This document shows, one piece after another, positions 10,312 through 23,675 of a DNA stretch of 64,000 bases. The stretch lies in the NCBI GenBank assembly GCA_964016885.1, contig OZ024741.1, forward strand, positions 392,894,001 through 392,958,000, written 5' to 3'. Both the position numbers and the translations under genes were made by a program. The stretch's first letter is position 1. The number at the start of each line of letters is the position of its first letter. Origin of the DNA: Eledone cirrhosa. Lineage: Eukaryota. The notes beneath the pieces were generated by a model. That model saw nothing but the letters and a program-made list of their open reading frames with translations, did not search any database and was not told the origin of the DNA.

Positions 10312-13300
10312 ACAGTTGCATTTATCTTGCTTTATGTTCATACGAGTTATCACCAAGTCACAACCAGTGACCTCAAGAGACAACAAGGTCCGCCATGTTC
10401 AAGAAAGAACATATATTCTCACACATGCATCTTTAGTGTTTAGACTTGTGATGTACTTATATTGACAGAATCTTCCTTAGTATATAGGCAGTTCCCATTA
10501 GTACTATCTTTTGTATTTCTCCTATACGCGGGTTTCCTGGGATTTGCGATAAGTAATCAATAGACCCCTTAGGTATCATTCCCAGAGCGCCTACAACCAC
10601 TGGTATTGTTTTAGTTCTCAATTTCCACATTTTTCCAATTTCTATCTCCAGGTCCTTATACTTGCTCAATTTTTCAAATGTTTTTATAGATACATTCTTG
10701 TCTATTGGAACAGACATATCAATTAGCAGGCATACCCTCTTTTTAAAGTCCTTCAATATTATATCAGGTCTATTTGCATCTATTTTTCGGTCTGTTTGGA
10801 TGCTAAAGTTCCACAGGATTGAGATGTGATCTTTTTCAAGTATGGGAGGTGGTTGATGCTCCCACCAATTCTTTTGATGGGGCAGTATCCAATGTATGTA
10901 TTGTGCAGCTCTGTCATGCCTGTTTAGGTATTCGGTTGGAGCTATAGGACTGCACATTGAAATTATATGGTCAATGGTCTCTGGTTGTTTTTTGCATACA
11001 CGGCATAATGGGCTGCATCCATTTTTTATTATGTTGGGTTGGTAATTTTTTGTTGGCAGACACTGATCTTGTGCTGATATAATCAGTCCTTCAGTCTCCG
11101 ATTTCAGTCCAGAGGATGCCAACCACTGATGGGTTAAAGTTTTGTCAACATCAGGATTGTTAGCTCGTTCTGGGTATTTTCCATACAGAGGCTTTTCTTG
11201 CCATTTCTTAGCCAGTTTCTGTAGCAGTTCTTTCTTTGCAGTTACTTTTACCTGCTTTGCTTTTTCTGTGTTTTCCATTTCAGCAGTAAATGGGACTTCT
11301 GAAATTTGTAGTCCATTACTGTATCTTTGTGCATCTTTTGTAATGGAATATGATCTTTTGATGCTTTCGTGTTTCAAAACGAGTTTGATCATCCAATCAT
11401 GTGATTCCCTTAGATATGTAGATAATCCAATTGTTGCAGTTTTCAACGCAATGTCTAACTGGACTAACCCACGTCCTCCTTCTTTCCTAGGGAGATATAT
11501 TCTATCTATATCTGCCTTAGGGGGATGCATTCTGTGCATGGTTAAGAATTTTCGAATTTTTGTATCGAGCCTACGGATCTCTGTGCTTGACCAGTTGATG
11601 ACATTGTAACTGTCGGTTACTACTGGTATGGCAAGCGTGTTTATGGCATCGATCCTATTCCTTGCATTCAATTCCGTTCTTAAGATTGCTCTTACTCTGC
11701 GGTAACATTCCTTCCTTATCCTTTCCCTCATTGTCGAGTGCTTGATTCCGTCTCCTTCACAAACACCTAGATATTTGTAAGTTTTTTCTTGATCAAGTTC
11801 TCTTATAAAGTTCCCCCGATCAAGATTAATGTCTGAACTCTTCAGCAGCTTTCCTCTGGTGAACGTTGCTTTGGCGCATTTATCTAGTCCAAACTCCATT
11901 TTAATGTCATCACTGAACTGCTTCACAGTGGATAATAGCCCTTGCAATTGTTCATCATTTTTTGCAAATAGTTTCATGTCATCCATGTAGAACAAGTGAT
12001 TAATGGTTTTGTCATAGACTTTATATCCATGTTTTGTTTCATTGAGCATTTTACTTAATGGTATAAGTGCGATGCAGAATAAAAGCGGTGATAAAGAGTC
12101 ACCCTGAAAAATTCCACAATTAATATTAACTTCTCCAGCTTCCAGTGATTTTGTTTCACTATTCAAAAGGAGTGTCGTTTTCCATGTCTTCATACTGAAT
12201 GACAAAAACCTCCTGACAACGGTGGATATTTTGAAAATCTCTAAACATTTTTCAATCCAACTGTGTGGCAAACTATCGAATGCTTTTTTATAATCTATCC
12301 AAGCAATCGATAGATTTTTGTGTCTATTATGACAATCTTCCAGTATCATTTTGTTAACCAGAAGCTGATCCTTACAGCCATATGAGCCTCGTTTACACCC
12401 TTTCTGCTCAATGGGAAATAGGTCATTTGCTATCAGGTGGTCATATGTGTATTCAGTTAGGACTGATGTTAAAATTTTATACATTGTGGTCAAGCAAGTT
12501 ATCGGTCTGTAATTTTTGGGATTGTTTGTCTCATCATTCTTCGGAAGCAGGAATGTAATGCCGTTAACTAGCCATGATGGTATCTTTTCTGGCTCCTTAA
12601 CTATTTCATTGTAAAGTTGGGCTAACAGCTCATGAGACTCTGTGAAGGCATTTATCCAAAAGTTTTGTATTTTGTCTTTTCCTGGGTATTTCCATTTGCT
12701 GGTTTTTCTTAGAGCCAAGCGCAACTGTTCAACTGTTATATTTTCCCATATTTGTTCCTCAAGGTGAGCTGTATCTTTCATTTGTCTGTCTATCCATGGG
12801 GCATGTATGTTATGAACTTTTTCTTCGGCCCAGATCTTTTCCCAGAATTCTTGCACTTCCTCCTTGGGTGGTATTGATTTAGCAGTTATTGTTGACTTAC
12901 CAATTTTTCTGTAGAAGTTTCTTTGGTTGTTTTTGAACATATTATTGCCCTTATAGAATCTAGATCGTTTTTCAAAGCGCCTTATACGAGCAGCTTTGGC
13001 CGACACTTTTTGCTTGATTATTTCTATCAGCATGTCTATGTCACATGTTGATTTTATACTGTACTTCTTTTTTTTCAATTTTCTAAGTTTAGTTTGTTTA
13101 ACATGTTCACCTACTTTATAGTTTGTTAAAATGTCTGTCAGATCGGAGAAGGTTTATTTGGCGATTGATGTTCTCTTGCCAAGTAGATTTCTTGTGGGAA
13201 TTCCTTTGTTTTTTCATCTTCACTCTACATAAGTGAGTGGTGACTTTAGCCGATAATAGAGATGATTTAAATCAGTAATGTTTAGTTTGTTTGTGATGAT

Positions 13301-14640
13301 AATGTTTTTGAGAATTATGTTAGTCTTGTGTATTATCTTTTGGTTCTGTTTGGAGTTCTGGATCTTAGGGAGGGTGTCTCGTTGCCCCATGTAAGATTCT
13401 TTCATTTTCATCCATTCGATCATAATTTCATCCTTCAAGTTGGCAAGTTCATTCTCATTCATTTCTTTATCATTTACGATCTCATTATTTTCATTTGGAG
13501 TTTCATACTGAGCATGCACTCCCTCCACTTTTTCGATCCTTTCTTTAATTTGTTCTGTTGCCAGTGATTCCGCCCCAACCCTGGGGTTCAAAGTGTTACA
13601 GTTTAGCTCATTTTCACTGACACATGTTTCATTTTCCCTTCGCTGACTTTGTGCTAATAGCTTGATCTGATCAATTTCTATATCAGTTAGTAACTTTTTT
13701 CTTACAATATTTCTTCGTATATTGGCTAGTTTGTTACTGTCAATATAGCCTCTGTTTTCGGGATGTTTCTTTTTCCAGTTGATATATGTCTGTTCTGTAT
13801 TCGATGTATTTGATGGGTAGTACATGGCAGTGTAGAAAGCCTCAAGGACTTCTTTATTATCTTCCCTTGACCATTTTTCTCTCTTTTTCTTTGGATTTCT
13901 TGGTGGTGAGCATGGAGAGCCAACAGTAGGAGTATTCCGGTTATGGGAGGTCTCCAGCTCCGAAGTGATGGGAAGGTTTGAACCATTAGCTGATTTTTCG
14001 ACCCCAGTCTGGTTCCTCTCTGAGTGACGCGGCCCTTTTTTACCCGAGTGACGGCCGATCCGGTATGAGATTTTATCATTAGACATTTACTTTATTTTTT
14101 CGCGTTTTATCCTTATCCGCCAAGGGGTAATCATTTCGTGTTGCCACTTCTAGAACGAGTGTCAACCAAGACTAGAGGGGTCGTTCTCCCCTAGAGACAT
14201 GGCTATTCCCCGCCGGCCGCCATCCCGGTATTTCTTGGTCACGGGGTTTTCTTTTTGTTGTTTTTTTTAAATTGTTATTATCATGAGTGGTTCCTTAGTG
14301 TGAGCATTGCGTGGCTTAAGAATGAAATTATTAATAATTGTCTCCACTCCAGGCACAAGGCCAGCAATCACCCAGTGCATTACAATAATATAATATACTT
14401 TTTGCTGTAGTTGACTGTTATTGTTGTTGGCTATGTCGGTGGTGGTGCCGGGGCTTTTTATATTGTTGGTGAGGAAGGGGTGAGCCAGCAGTCCCATAGT
14501 TGTTGCTGTTGACGTTTGGCCGGTGGCCAGGTCACTAAGTCAATCTATTTATATCTTTTGCTAGCCTCTCCCTTGTCTAGTGATACCGCCACCTTCCTCT
14601 TTCTCTCTCAAGTTAACAGGGGAATGGTGGTGGGAGCATC
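10312..14640 (-). mobile_element. R4/Dong-type RLE retrotransposon, family B (near-intact ORF)
   Basis: ORFs 13220-14086 (288 aa) and 10457-13078 (873 aa): RT (GIFQGDSLSPLLF, YMDDMKL), CRVC..ETIDHIISMC, RHD, NRPDIILKD, LIDMSVP, EKLSKYKDL; 3' end abuts (ATT)n at 10282-10311. Confidence 0.92.
10457..14086 (-). pseudogene. RT-RLE ORF of family B, frameshifted around 13080-13260
   Basis: 873-aa open C-terminal part plus 288-aa N-terminal part. Confidence 0.88.
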
Positions 14641-14822
14641 GGTGGATTGGCAGTATCGGTAGAGGGTCGGACGCCATGCTTTCCAGCATAGTTACGTCCC
14701 TTTACGATCTGAGTTCAAATCCCGCCGAGGTTGACTTTGCCTTTCATCCTTACGGGGTCGATAAAATAAAGTACCAGTGATGCACTGGGTAATTGCTGGC
14801 CTTGTGCCTAAAGTAGAAACAA
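14641..14822 (+). mobile_element. Full tRNA-derived SINE (ATT-tailed family)
   Basis: A/B boxes, conserved body, (ATT)n tail shared with the 3' end of copy A2. Confidence 0.92.
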
Positions 14823-14851
14823 TTATTATTATTATTATTATTATTGTTATT

Positions 14852-16390
14852 GTTATTCCTTGAATCTCAGTCATTGATGTTGGTTAACTGGAAAGTCCGT
14901 TGGATTGAATATCAAGCCACTACCTGCAGCCTCAGATATTCAGGACGTATCGGAGGGTTCTTGCTGTTCCAAGCAAGCATGCCTTTTGAAGCGTTCCAAA
15001 AAGCGTGAAGGGGCCGATTTTCTTTAACCATCCCTGGAAACCTTTGGAGATAGTCCCCAGTGCGCCTATGACAATCGGGATCACTTTGACTTCATGGCAG
15101 TTCCAAATCCTTTTCACCTCCCACTTTAGGTCCTGGTATCGGTTAATTTTCTCCCTCTCCTTCTCTTGCACTCTCGTGTCGAACGGGCAGGCCACATCCA
15201 CAATCAGGCACGATCTTTTTTCTTTGTCCATAACCACCAGGTCAGGTCTATTGTGTTCCAGTTTTTTGTCCGTCTGTATCCTAAAATCCCACAGCACCTT
15301 CACCTGACTGTTCTCCATCACCGCCTCTGGCCTATGCTCATACCATTTCTCAGAATGTGGTAGATTGTTTACTTTGCACAGGTGCCAGTGGATCACCCTG
15401 CCCATCACATCGTGTCTCCAGCCCTTATAGTGGGTCTGGGCTAGGTGTTTACACTCGGACACAATGTGAGCCACAGTCTCCTCTCTCTCTCCACAGATCC
15501 TGCACAGTGGGCTAGCCTCCTCCTTGTAGATATGGTGCTTCAACCACTTCGTTTTGAGGGCCTGCTCCTGCGCAGCCATTAGCATTCCTTCTGTAGCCTT
15601 TTTGAGGTCTCCTCTTCTCAACCAGTTCCATGTCTGTGGATCTCTAAATTCAGTTTTCTCAAAGAAGGTACTATGAAGGGATTTTCCCTTAAGGCTGCTC
15701 TTCCTCCTTGATGTTATTTCCTCCTTGGACATCCCCTGGCCTACTGTCCCCTCCTTCAGTACAGTTCTGAGCATTGGCTCCTTACTATAGGTCACGTATT
15801 TGTATAGGTTGTTTTTCTCCATCTGAACACAGTCCTCTATGCTGATAAGACCTCTTCCACCCTCAGATCTCCTTAGGTAGAGTCTATCGACATCACTCCT
15901 CTTGTGGAACATGTTGTAGATAGTCAATAGCTTCCTAGTCTTCCTATCCATTTCTTTTTGTTCAGCAACATTCCATCTCAGAATTCCCGCACTGTACCTA
16001 ATAATAGACACAGCTCGGGAATTTACTGCGCTTATGGCATTTCTGCTGTTCAGATGTGACTTCAATACGCTCCTTACTCTCCGAATGTATTCAGTTCTTA
16101 ACAATTCCTTCATTTTTTTGTTCTTTATGCCATCAGCCTCCAGAACGCCCAAATACTTGTATCCTTCCTCAGAGTCAATTTCCTTTATCATCTCACCTGT
16201 TGGTATCTGGATCCCGTTACTTCTGCTCAACCTACCCCTCTTCATCACAATGACTCCACATTTACCAATACCAAACTGCATACATATATCACTGCTGAAA
16301 ATACGGACAGTGTCAACAAGCACATCCAACTCCTTCTCACTTTTCCCGAAGAGCTTAAGATCGTCCATGAAGAGGAGGTGATTGATGGTA
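14852..16390 (-). mobile_element. R4/Dong-type family A copy A2, 5'-truncated in RT; remaining ORF intact
   Basis: Open frame 14932-16390 from INHLLFMDD to the stop, with CCHC, RHD, NRPDLVVMD and DVACPFD; (ATT)n on both sides. Confidence 0.93.

Positions 16391-16455
<65 letters not shown>
16391..16455. repeat. (ATT)n microsatellite between A2 and A3
   Basis: About 21 perfect units. Confidence 0.98.
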
Positions 16456-16456
<1 letters not shown>

Positions 16457-19400
16457 GTTCTTTGAGTCTCAGTCATTGATGTTAGTTAACTGGAAAGTTT
16501 GTTGAAATGAATATCAAGCCACTACCTGCAGCCTCAGATATTCAGGACGTATCGGAGGGTTCTTGCTGTTCCCAGCAAGCATGCCTTTTGAAGCGTTCCA
16601 AAAAGCGTGGCGGGGCCAATTTTCTTTAACCATCCCTGGAAACTTTTTGAGATAGTACCTAGTGCGCCTATGACAATCGGGACCACTTTGACATCATGGT
16701 AGTTCCAAATCCTTTTTACCTCCTACTTTAAGTCCCGGTATCGGTTAATTTTCTCCCTCTCCTTCTCTTCCACTCTCGTGTCGAATGGGCAGGCCACATC
16801 CACAATCAAGCACGATCTTTTTTCCTTGTCCAAATTCACCAGGTCAGGTCTATTGTGTTCCAGTTTCTTGTCCGTCTGTATCCTAAAATCCCACAGCACC
16901 TTCACCTGATCGTTTTCTATCACCGACTCTGGCTTATGCTCATACCACTTCTCAGAATGTGGTAAATTGTTTACTTTGCATAGGTGCCAGTGGATCACCC
17001 TGCTCATCACATCATGTCTCCAGCCTTTATAGTGAGTCTGGGCTAGGTGTTTACACTCGGATACAATGTGAGCCACAGTCTCCTCTCTCCACAGATCTTG
17101 CACAGTGGGCTAGCCTTCTCCTTGTAAATATGGTATTTCAATCACTTCGTTTTGAGGGCCTGCTCTTGCGCAGCCATTAGCATTCCTTCTGTAGCCGTTT
17201 TAAGGTCTCCTCTTTTCAACCAGTTCCATGTCTGTGGATCTCTGAATTCAGTTTTCTCAAAGAAGGTACTATGAAGGGATTTTTCATGAAGGCTGCTCTT
17301 TCTCCTTGTTGTTATTTCCTCCTTGGACATCCCCTGGTCTATTGTCCTCTCCTTCAGTACAATTCTGAGCATTGGCTCCTTACTATCAGTCACGTATTGG
17401 TGTAGGTTGTTTTTCTCCATCTGAACACAGTCCTCTATGCTGATAAGACCTCTTCCACCTTCAGATCTTCTTAAGTAGAGTCTATCGACATCACTCCTCT
17501 TGTGGAACATGTTGTAGATAGTCAATAGCTTCCTAGTCTTCCTATCCATTTCCTTTTTGTTCAGCAACATTCAATCTCAGAATTCCCGCACTGTACCTAA
17601 TAATAGACACAGCTCGGGAATTTACTGCACTTATGGCGTTCCTACTGTTCAGATGTGACTTTAATACGCTCCTTACTCTCCGAATGTATTCAGATCTTAT
17701 CAATTCCTTCATTTTTTTGTTCTTGATGTCATCAGCCTCCAGAACATCCAAATACTTGTATCACTCTTCAGTGTCAATTTCCTTTATCATCTCACCTGGA
17801 TTCCGTTGCTCCTGCTCAATTTACCCCCCTTCATCACAAGAACTCCACTATTACTAATACCAAATTGCATACATATATCATTGCTGAAAATACGGACAGT
17901 GTCAACAAGCACATCCAACTCCTTCTCACTCTTCCCGAAGAGCTTAAGCTCGTCCATGAAGAGGAGGTGATTGATGGTAAGCTCTCCCTTTACCAACTTG
18001 TATCCTGCTCTCACTTTTCGCAGTATAATGGTCAGGGGCATCAGGGCAAGGACAAACAACAGAGGGGACAAACTATCTCCCTGGAAGATACCTCTCTTGA
18101 TCTTCACGCCTCCCAAGGATTCTCCAGCTGATGTTAACTCTGTTTTCCAGGACTTCATACTTTTGATGTTATCTGCCACGTTGAAGATCTCTAAGCTTTT
18201 GGTGATCCAAGAATGAGGCACCATGTCAAATGCCTTTTTGTAGTCTATCCATCCCATGGCAAGACCAGTGTGTCTCCTCTTGCAATTCATCATTACCATC
18301 TTATCAATAAGTAACTGGTCCTTTGTACCACGGGACTTCTTTCGGCATCCTTTCTGTTCGTCCGGTAACAAGTTGTTTATGTGGAGGTGATGGTAGATTT
18401 CCTCAGACATAATGTTTGTCAACAGTTTCCACATTATGGAAAGCCATGTGATAGGTCTATAGTTGGTAACATCATTACCCTTGATTCGGTCTTTCATTAC
18501 CAGAACTGTGGTACCTTTTGTCAACCACTCTGGTACGTCACCTGACATCAAGCAGTCATTGAACATGGTTGTCAGTTTCGGGTGGAGGGATGTTATATTT
18601 TTAATCCAATACCCCTGCACACCATCTGGGCCTGGTGATTTCCAGTTGGTTAGATTTTTGGCCTGCCCCTTAAGAGTTTCAACTGTGATACTCAAATCAG
18701 TTTGTTGGTGTGCCTGTTCACTAATCTCCTTTTGTACTGTCTCAATCCACACTGCCTGGTCATTATGTTTAACATCCTGCTCCCATATTCCTCTCCAGAA
18801 TGTCTTAGTTTATTCCGCCTCAGGGATCAAGTCGTTGCCTCTTTCTTTCCCTTCAATCTGTCCAAACAACATCTTCTGGTTGTTGTCAAACATGCGGTTC
18901 TGTCTATACTGACTGACTCTGCTCTCGTATCGCCTAATTTTTGCACTCTTTGCTACAATGCGTTGCTTCAGTTCCTCTATGACAATATTTAGCTTTTTCC
19001 TCCTAGTTTTGTACTTTATTTCCAGTCTATTTTTAGTGTCTATGTTTTTTAGTGTCCCATTCAGTAGGGACTCAAGCTTTCCAATGTCATTTCTCATTTC
19101 CCTGATTTGACCATTCAGTCGTTTCTTCCACCAAGGTTCTGATCTTTCCAGGGTTCTGATCTGTCTTGTTTGTTGTTTCCTCTCGCTTTTATGCCAAGTA
19201 ATTTCCTCACCGCATTTGCTGTTGCTTTGAGGATATTATTGCACTGGTGAAGGCTCCTCGCCTCAAGGTATGGGATGACTTTGTTTACCTTAGCTGTTGG
19301 TTCTACAAATCTTAGGTTCATATGTTTCCCACTATCATTGTTCAATTCATCTACCACTAAGTTTAGGATATCAACCAAATCTTGTCCTAGCCCGTCAGCA

Positions 19401-20575
19401 TTCATCTCCTCAATGGCCGTATCTTTGTTCCAGGTATTATTTATTTCAGCATTCAGATCATTGTCTGCTTCGGATGGTTCCTCCGTTCTCTCAACCTCTT
19501 CACCTTCATTTCCCACTGTCTCGTTTGCCTGGCATACTCCACTCTCCATTTCCAACCTAATCTCTCTGCTCAGTTCCTCCAGTTCCAGCTCGCTTACCCA
19601 CCCATTAGTTCTTATTACCCGAATATGCCCGGCCAATTTTTTTTTCATCTAATTTAAATAGACCAATCTTGTTCCAGATGTTATGCATCCGTTTCCTATA
19701 GCCTTTCTCCTTGGAGTTACTCTTCAGGTAACATTGCATAACAGTTCTATTCAATTCTTTCGTCCAGTTGGTTCTGGTCCCTTTCCTTCTTCTTCTTCCT
19801 CCGACACCAGCAGTATTTGGTTGACAGCCAGGTCCCTGCTGCTGTACCTGCTGGGTGAGATTCTGTCACATGACATTCCAGTCTCCACTTCACCGTTATT
19901 CGAACTGTTTAGGTTCGACATTTAAACACTCTTATCGAGGATTGGTGAATATATGTTACATAACCACCGGTGATTTCATCACCCCCGGTGATTTTAGTGT
20001 GACACTATCACGCTGTAGACGAACATAAATAAACAAACAAACAAATAGGTAAAAAAAAAAACCAAAAAAGAATAAGCATAAGTTTCATTGTAATATAATG
20101 TTTGAATGTCTGACTTAGTTATTTTTTTTCCCTTCTCTGTCTGTCTGTTTGTTTTTCTTTTCATTTTCCTTTTCTTTACGTTTTTCGTTGTTGCTGTGCT
20201 GTTTTGATTTTGATTTTTGGTTTTTTGATTTTTTGACCGGGTCATCAAATTAGTCTATTTATATCTTTTGATGCCTTCCTCTTTTAGTGGGGACACTACG
20301 ATGCATGTCTTAGCAGGATGTAGTGGGAGAGAATAGCGGTGGTAGCGATAATGAGGCAGTGGTGGTGGTGATTTGATCGTAGTACTGTAGTGATGGTGTT
20401 GAAGTTGAAGTAGAAATAGAAGTTGAGGTAACTTGACTAGAGTTTTTGGCGTGGTAGTGGTGATGGTGACGGTGGTGGTGTTGGTGGTGAAATTATTTGC
20501 CTGTCTGTCCGCTTAGCCATTTTGCCATTTTTCGCTTTTTCGACTATAACTTTTCTGATCCAAAATTAAATATTA
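16456..20575 (-). mobile_element. R4/Dong-type family A copy A3 (decayed, with most of the 5' leader)
   Basis: Colinear with A1 from the 3' UTR through the ORF (ATG ~19921, stop ~16534) and leader to ...GATCCAAAATTAAATATT; many frameshifts. Confidence 0.9.
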
Positions 20576-23500
20576 GCGACCTACGTAGGAAATCGTATCA
20601 TCGTGAGCTCCGCAAAGGTTTGTTGTTTTCGTTTGTTTAAAATTGCCATTTATGGAAAAATGTTGTTGTTAACTATTTATAAAATCACAAAATCTGCTTT
20701 CGGAAAAGGGCACTCAAAAAGATTGGGGCCTTGAGCCCAAAATTTAAACTTTTATAATTATCAAACAAAAGATTTCTTTGAAAAAATCATGGACGACTCA
20801 CAGCTACACCAAGCTGACAGCCTTCCTCACAAACTAACACCTCACACCAACACCACCATTGTAAATATTACTACGTTTGCCAACACTAAAAATATAAGCA
20901 GTAGCAATAATTTAAATTTGTCTCATGCAGACATTCATTTCCCGCCATTACCAATGACTGCAGGTGTTGAAGCCGCCACCCCCACCACCACCACAGCGAC
21001 AACAGAAACAAAAGAAAAAAAAATTATCTCGTGACATCGAAATGGATTCGCCCAGAATAGACTCTTCCACACCGAACACCACTGACGCCACCACCACCAC
21101 AACTGAAACTAAAAATAACAATAACAAAAGTAACAATAACAACAACAGCAACAACAACAATGAGAATAACAGCATCATGTCTTTTGCCAAAGCAGCTAAA
21201 ACATGCGAAACAATCCAGGTAACTCAGGAGGAACTGGATGAAGCCAAGAAAATGGTAAAGAAAGATGGGTACAGGGTCAGTCTCACCCCCTACCACCACC
21301 AAATAAAATGTAGCATCGGCGCCTATGCACCGTGTCTTATCGGACGAATAACACAAAATCGCGCCGAGTGGAACGGGCATCCGAGTCCCAAATCCAAAAA
21401 GCTTTGGGACATGTGTGGGCAAAAAAAACCCACATCAGACGTGGGCAGAAATATGGAACCATGGACGTGTTCTTTGAAACACCACAGGAAGCCAGAGAAC
21501 ACTCCATGGCCCCATTAAGAAGTGACGACTTCACACTCGTCCCAAGCTATTGTGGCCAGAGACTCGTGAATATCAGGGTGACCCACGTTCCACCGGCCAT
21601 CTAAATTCCCTGGCTAATAGCTGCCATTCCCGACAGATCCATCCACGAGAACCTACACCTCATGCGATACATCGTAGAGAGGGTAGCTAGGGAACCTGAC
21701 ACGGGTGGGTCCTTGATCAATTTAGATCAGTCGAAAGCTTTCGATAGGGTCGACCATCGTTACCTAGCGGCAGTCTTGAGGGCGGCTGGCTTAGGGCCCG
21801 TCTTCAGAGGCTGGATCGCTGCCATGCACAGCGACATCTGCTCTGTGGTGAGTGTGAACGGTCACCTTTCGGAACCGTTCAACATCATGTGCTCGGTCCG
21901 CCAAGGATGTCCCCTCTCGTCCTTCTTGTACGTATTGACTCTCGAGCCATTACTGCACAAACTGGAGACGTTGAGGGGGGTCCCGCGCGAACTAGGATGC
22001 AGGAGATCCGTGTCAGCATATGCGGACGATGTCACCGTAGTGGTGTCGAACGCCAAACACATCGAGGCGATCGGCACTACACTAAGAGAATACGAAGCGG
22101 TGACAGGAGCAATGATCAACCAGGAAAAGTCAGTGGGCCTGCAGCTCGGCACCTGGAGAGGCAGGTCCATGCCGTCCAACAGCGTCGTCGGGCGCTGGAC
22201 GGACGGACCGGTTAAATTGCTAGAGGTCTGGTTCGGTCCAGACCTCCAGACGGACAAAAACTGGGACTAGGTGACGAGCAGGGTGGCTTCTCTCACCCAG
22301 AAATGGGCCGAGAGGAAGCTATCCTGGAAAGGTCGAGCGGAGGTGGCTAACGCGTACATCGCGTCCGTCATCTACTACCGCCTGACCGTCGTACCTTGTC
22401 CTAAGTCCCGCCTGACTGCGCTGGAGCGTTTGCTCTTTCGCTTTTTGTGGAAGGGACGCGCTCCGATGGTCAGGCGGTCCATCTGCTGTCAACACCAGCT
22501 ACGTGGAGGGCTGGGCATGCCGTAGCTGATGATGCACAGACACGCGCTCAGGCTACGACATCTCCACCTCTTCCTCGACGGTGATCAGGTGTGGTCGCCG
22601 TTTGCTAGACACGTATTTCCCCAGCTCGTCTCCTTGACGGAGCTGCAGTCCGGGGTCAAGCGAAGACCGAGAGGGAGCGCTTGGAGATTGGAATGTCTTC
22701 AGGCGCTCACAGCCCTCGACCAATCGGGCAATGTGATCGGTGGAAACTCCACCTCGGCGTTCTATAGAGGATTAGTGGAGGGGAAGAGCGACGACGTACT
22801 TGGAGAAACTCTAGGCGTCGACGAAAATCAACTAGCCAATCTCTTCGGAAGGACTTTCGGGCCGGGGCCTATGGACAACTTCCAGAAATCCCTGGCCTGG
22901 CAGTGCTACCGGGGAGCTTTGCCAGTTCGGGATAAACTCTACAGGCATGGAGGTGCCGTCAGCCGGGCATGTCCGAGATGCGCGCAAGGCGACGAAACCG
23001 TCCTGCACGCACTCGTCCAGTGTCCGAGCATTGCTGAATTGTTGGTTTATGTCGAACACCTGCTGTCACGTGTAAGACGGAACCAGCTATCAGCTGAGTC
23101 CATCGTGAGGATTGCCCCGCCCTCTTCCTTTAGCCGGGAAGGGCCGGCAGTTTGTATCTGTCTGGTGGCCATGGCGAAAGAGATAGTATGGTGGACACGT
23201 TTGAAAGGGCTGAAGACGAGCACTTACCTCTTTGGTGATGCCCTGATTAACTTTTTCAAATTTCATTTGAAAAGGAAAATCAGGGTAGAGAGGGAAGTGC
23301 TCTCTTCCCAGCATTTTGTTGAAAGATAGGTGAGAGAGGCAAGTATGGCCCGAGTGAATGGGCCTACTCTGAGTATGTGTCTGTAAATTAAAGGTGGAAA
23401 ACTGGGAGAGGGCACTTGCCCTGGTGGTCAGGGTCACTGTGGTCTTTTAATGGGCTTTCTCCACAAATGTCCCTCGGAAGTCTGCCCCCTATTGGGGAAT

Positions 23501-23629
23501 CTTTCTTTGTTATTTTATTACATCCTCTGTTTTTTTTACACGCAGAAATGCCCATTTGTACCGTCCTGTATTGTCCTGTACTGTCCTTAATGTCTACTTT
23601 ATGTAAACCCTTGTGGTTAATAAAGAAAA

Positions 23630-23630
<1 letters not shown>
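20576..23630 (+). mobile_element. L1/Tx1-clade copy T2, internally deleted (5' UTR and ORF1 N-terminus joined to mid-RT)
   Basis: T/N-rich ORF1-like pieces 20789-21604 (SFAKAAK motif); from ~21622 it closely matches T1 from ~8268 to the 3' end; (ATT)n tail. Confidence 0.88.
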
Positions 23631-23665
<35 letters not shown>

Positions 23666-23675
23666 TATTATTATT

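Noticed and set aside
16391-16476. MTETQRT-poly-Ile N-terminus fused in frame to the A2 RT-RLE ORF
   Set aside because: Chance read-through from the A3 3' UTR across the stop-free ATA frame of the microsatellite; most of the RT is missing
1027-19925. Many plus-strand ORFs overlapping the R4 elements
   Set aside because: Antisense shadows of retroelement ORFs, with no independent motifs
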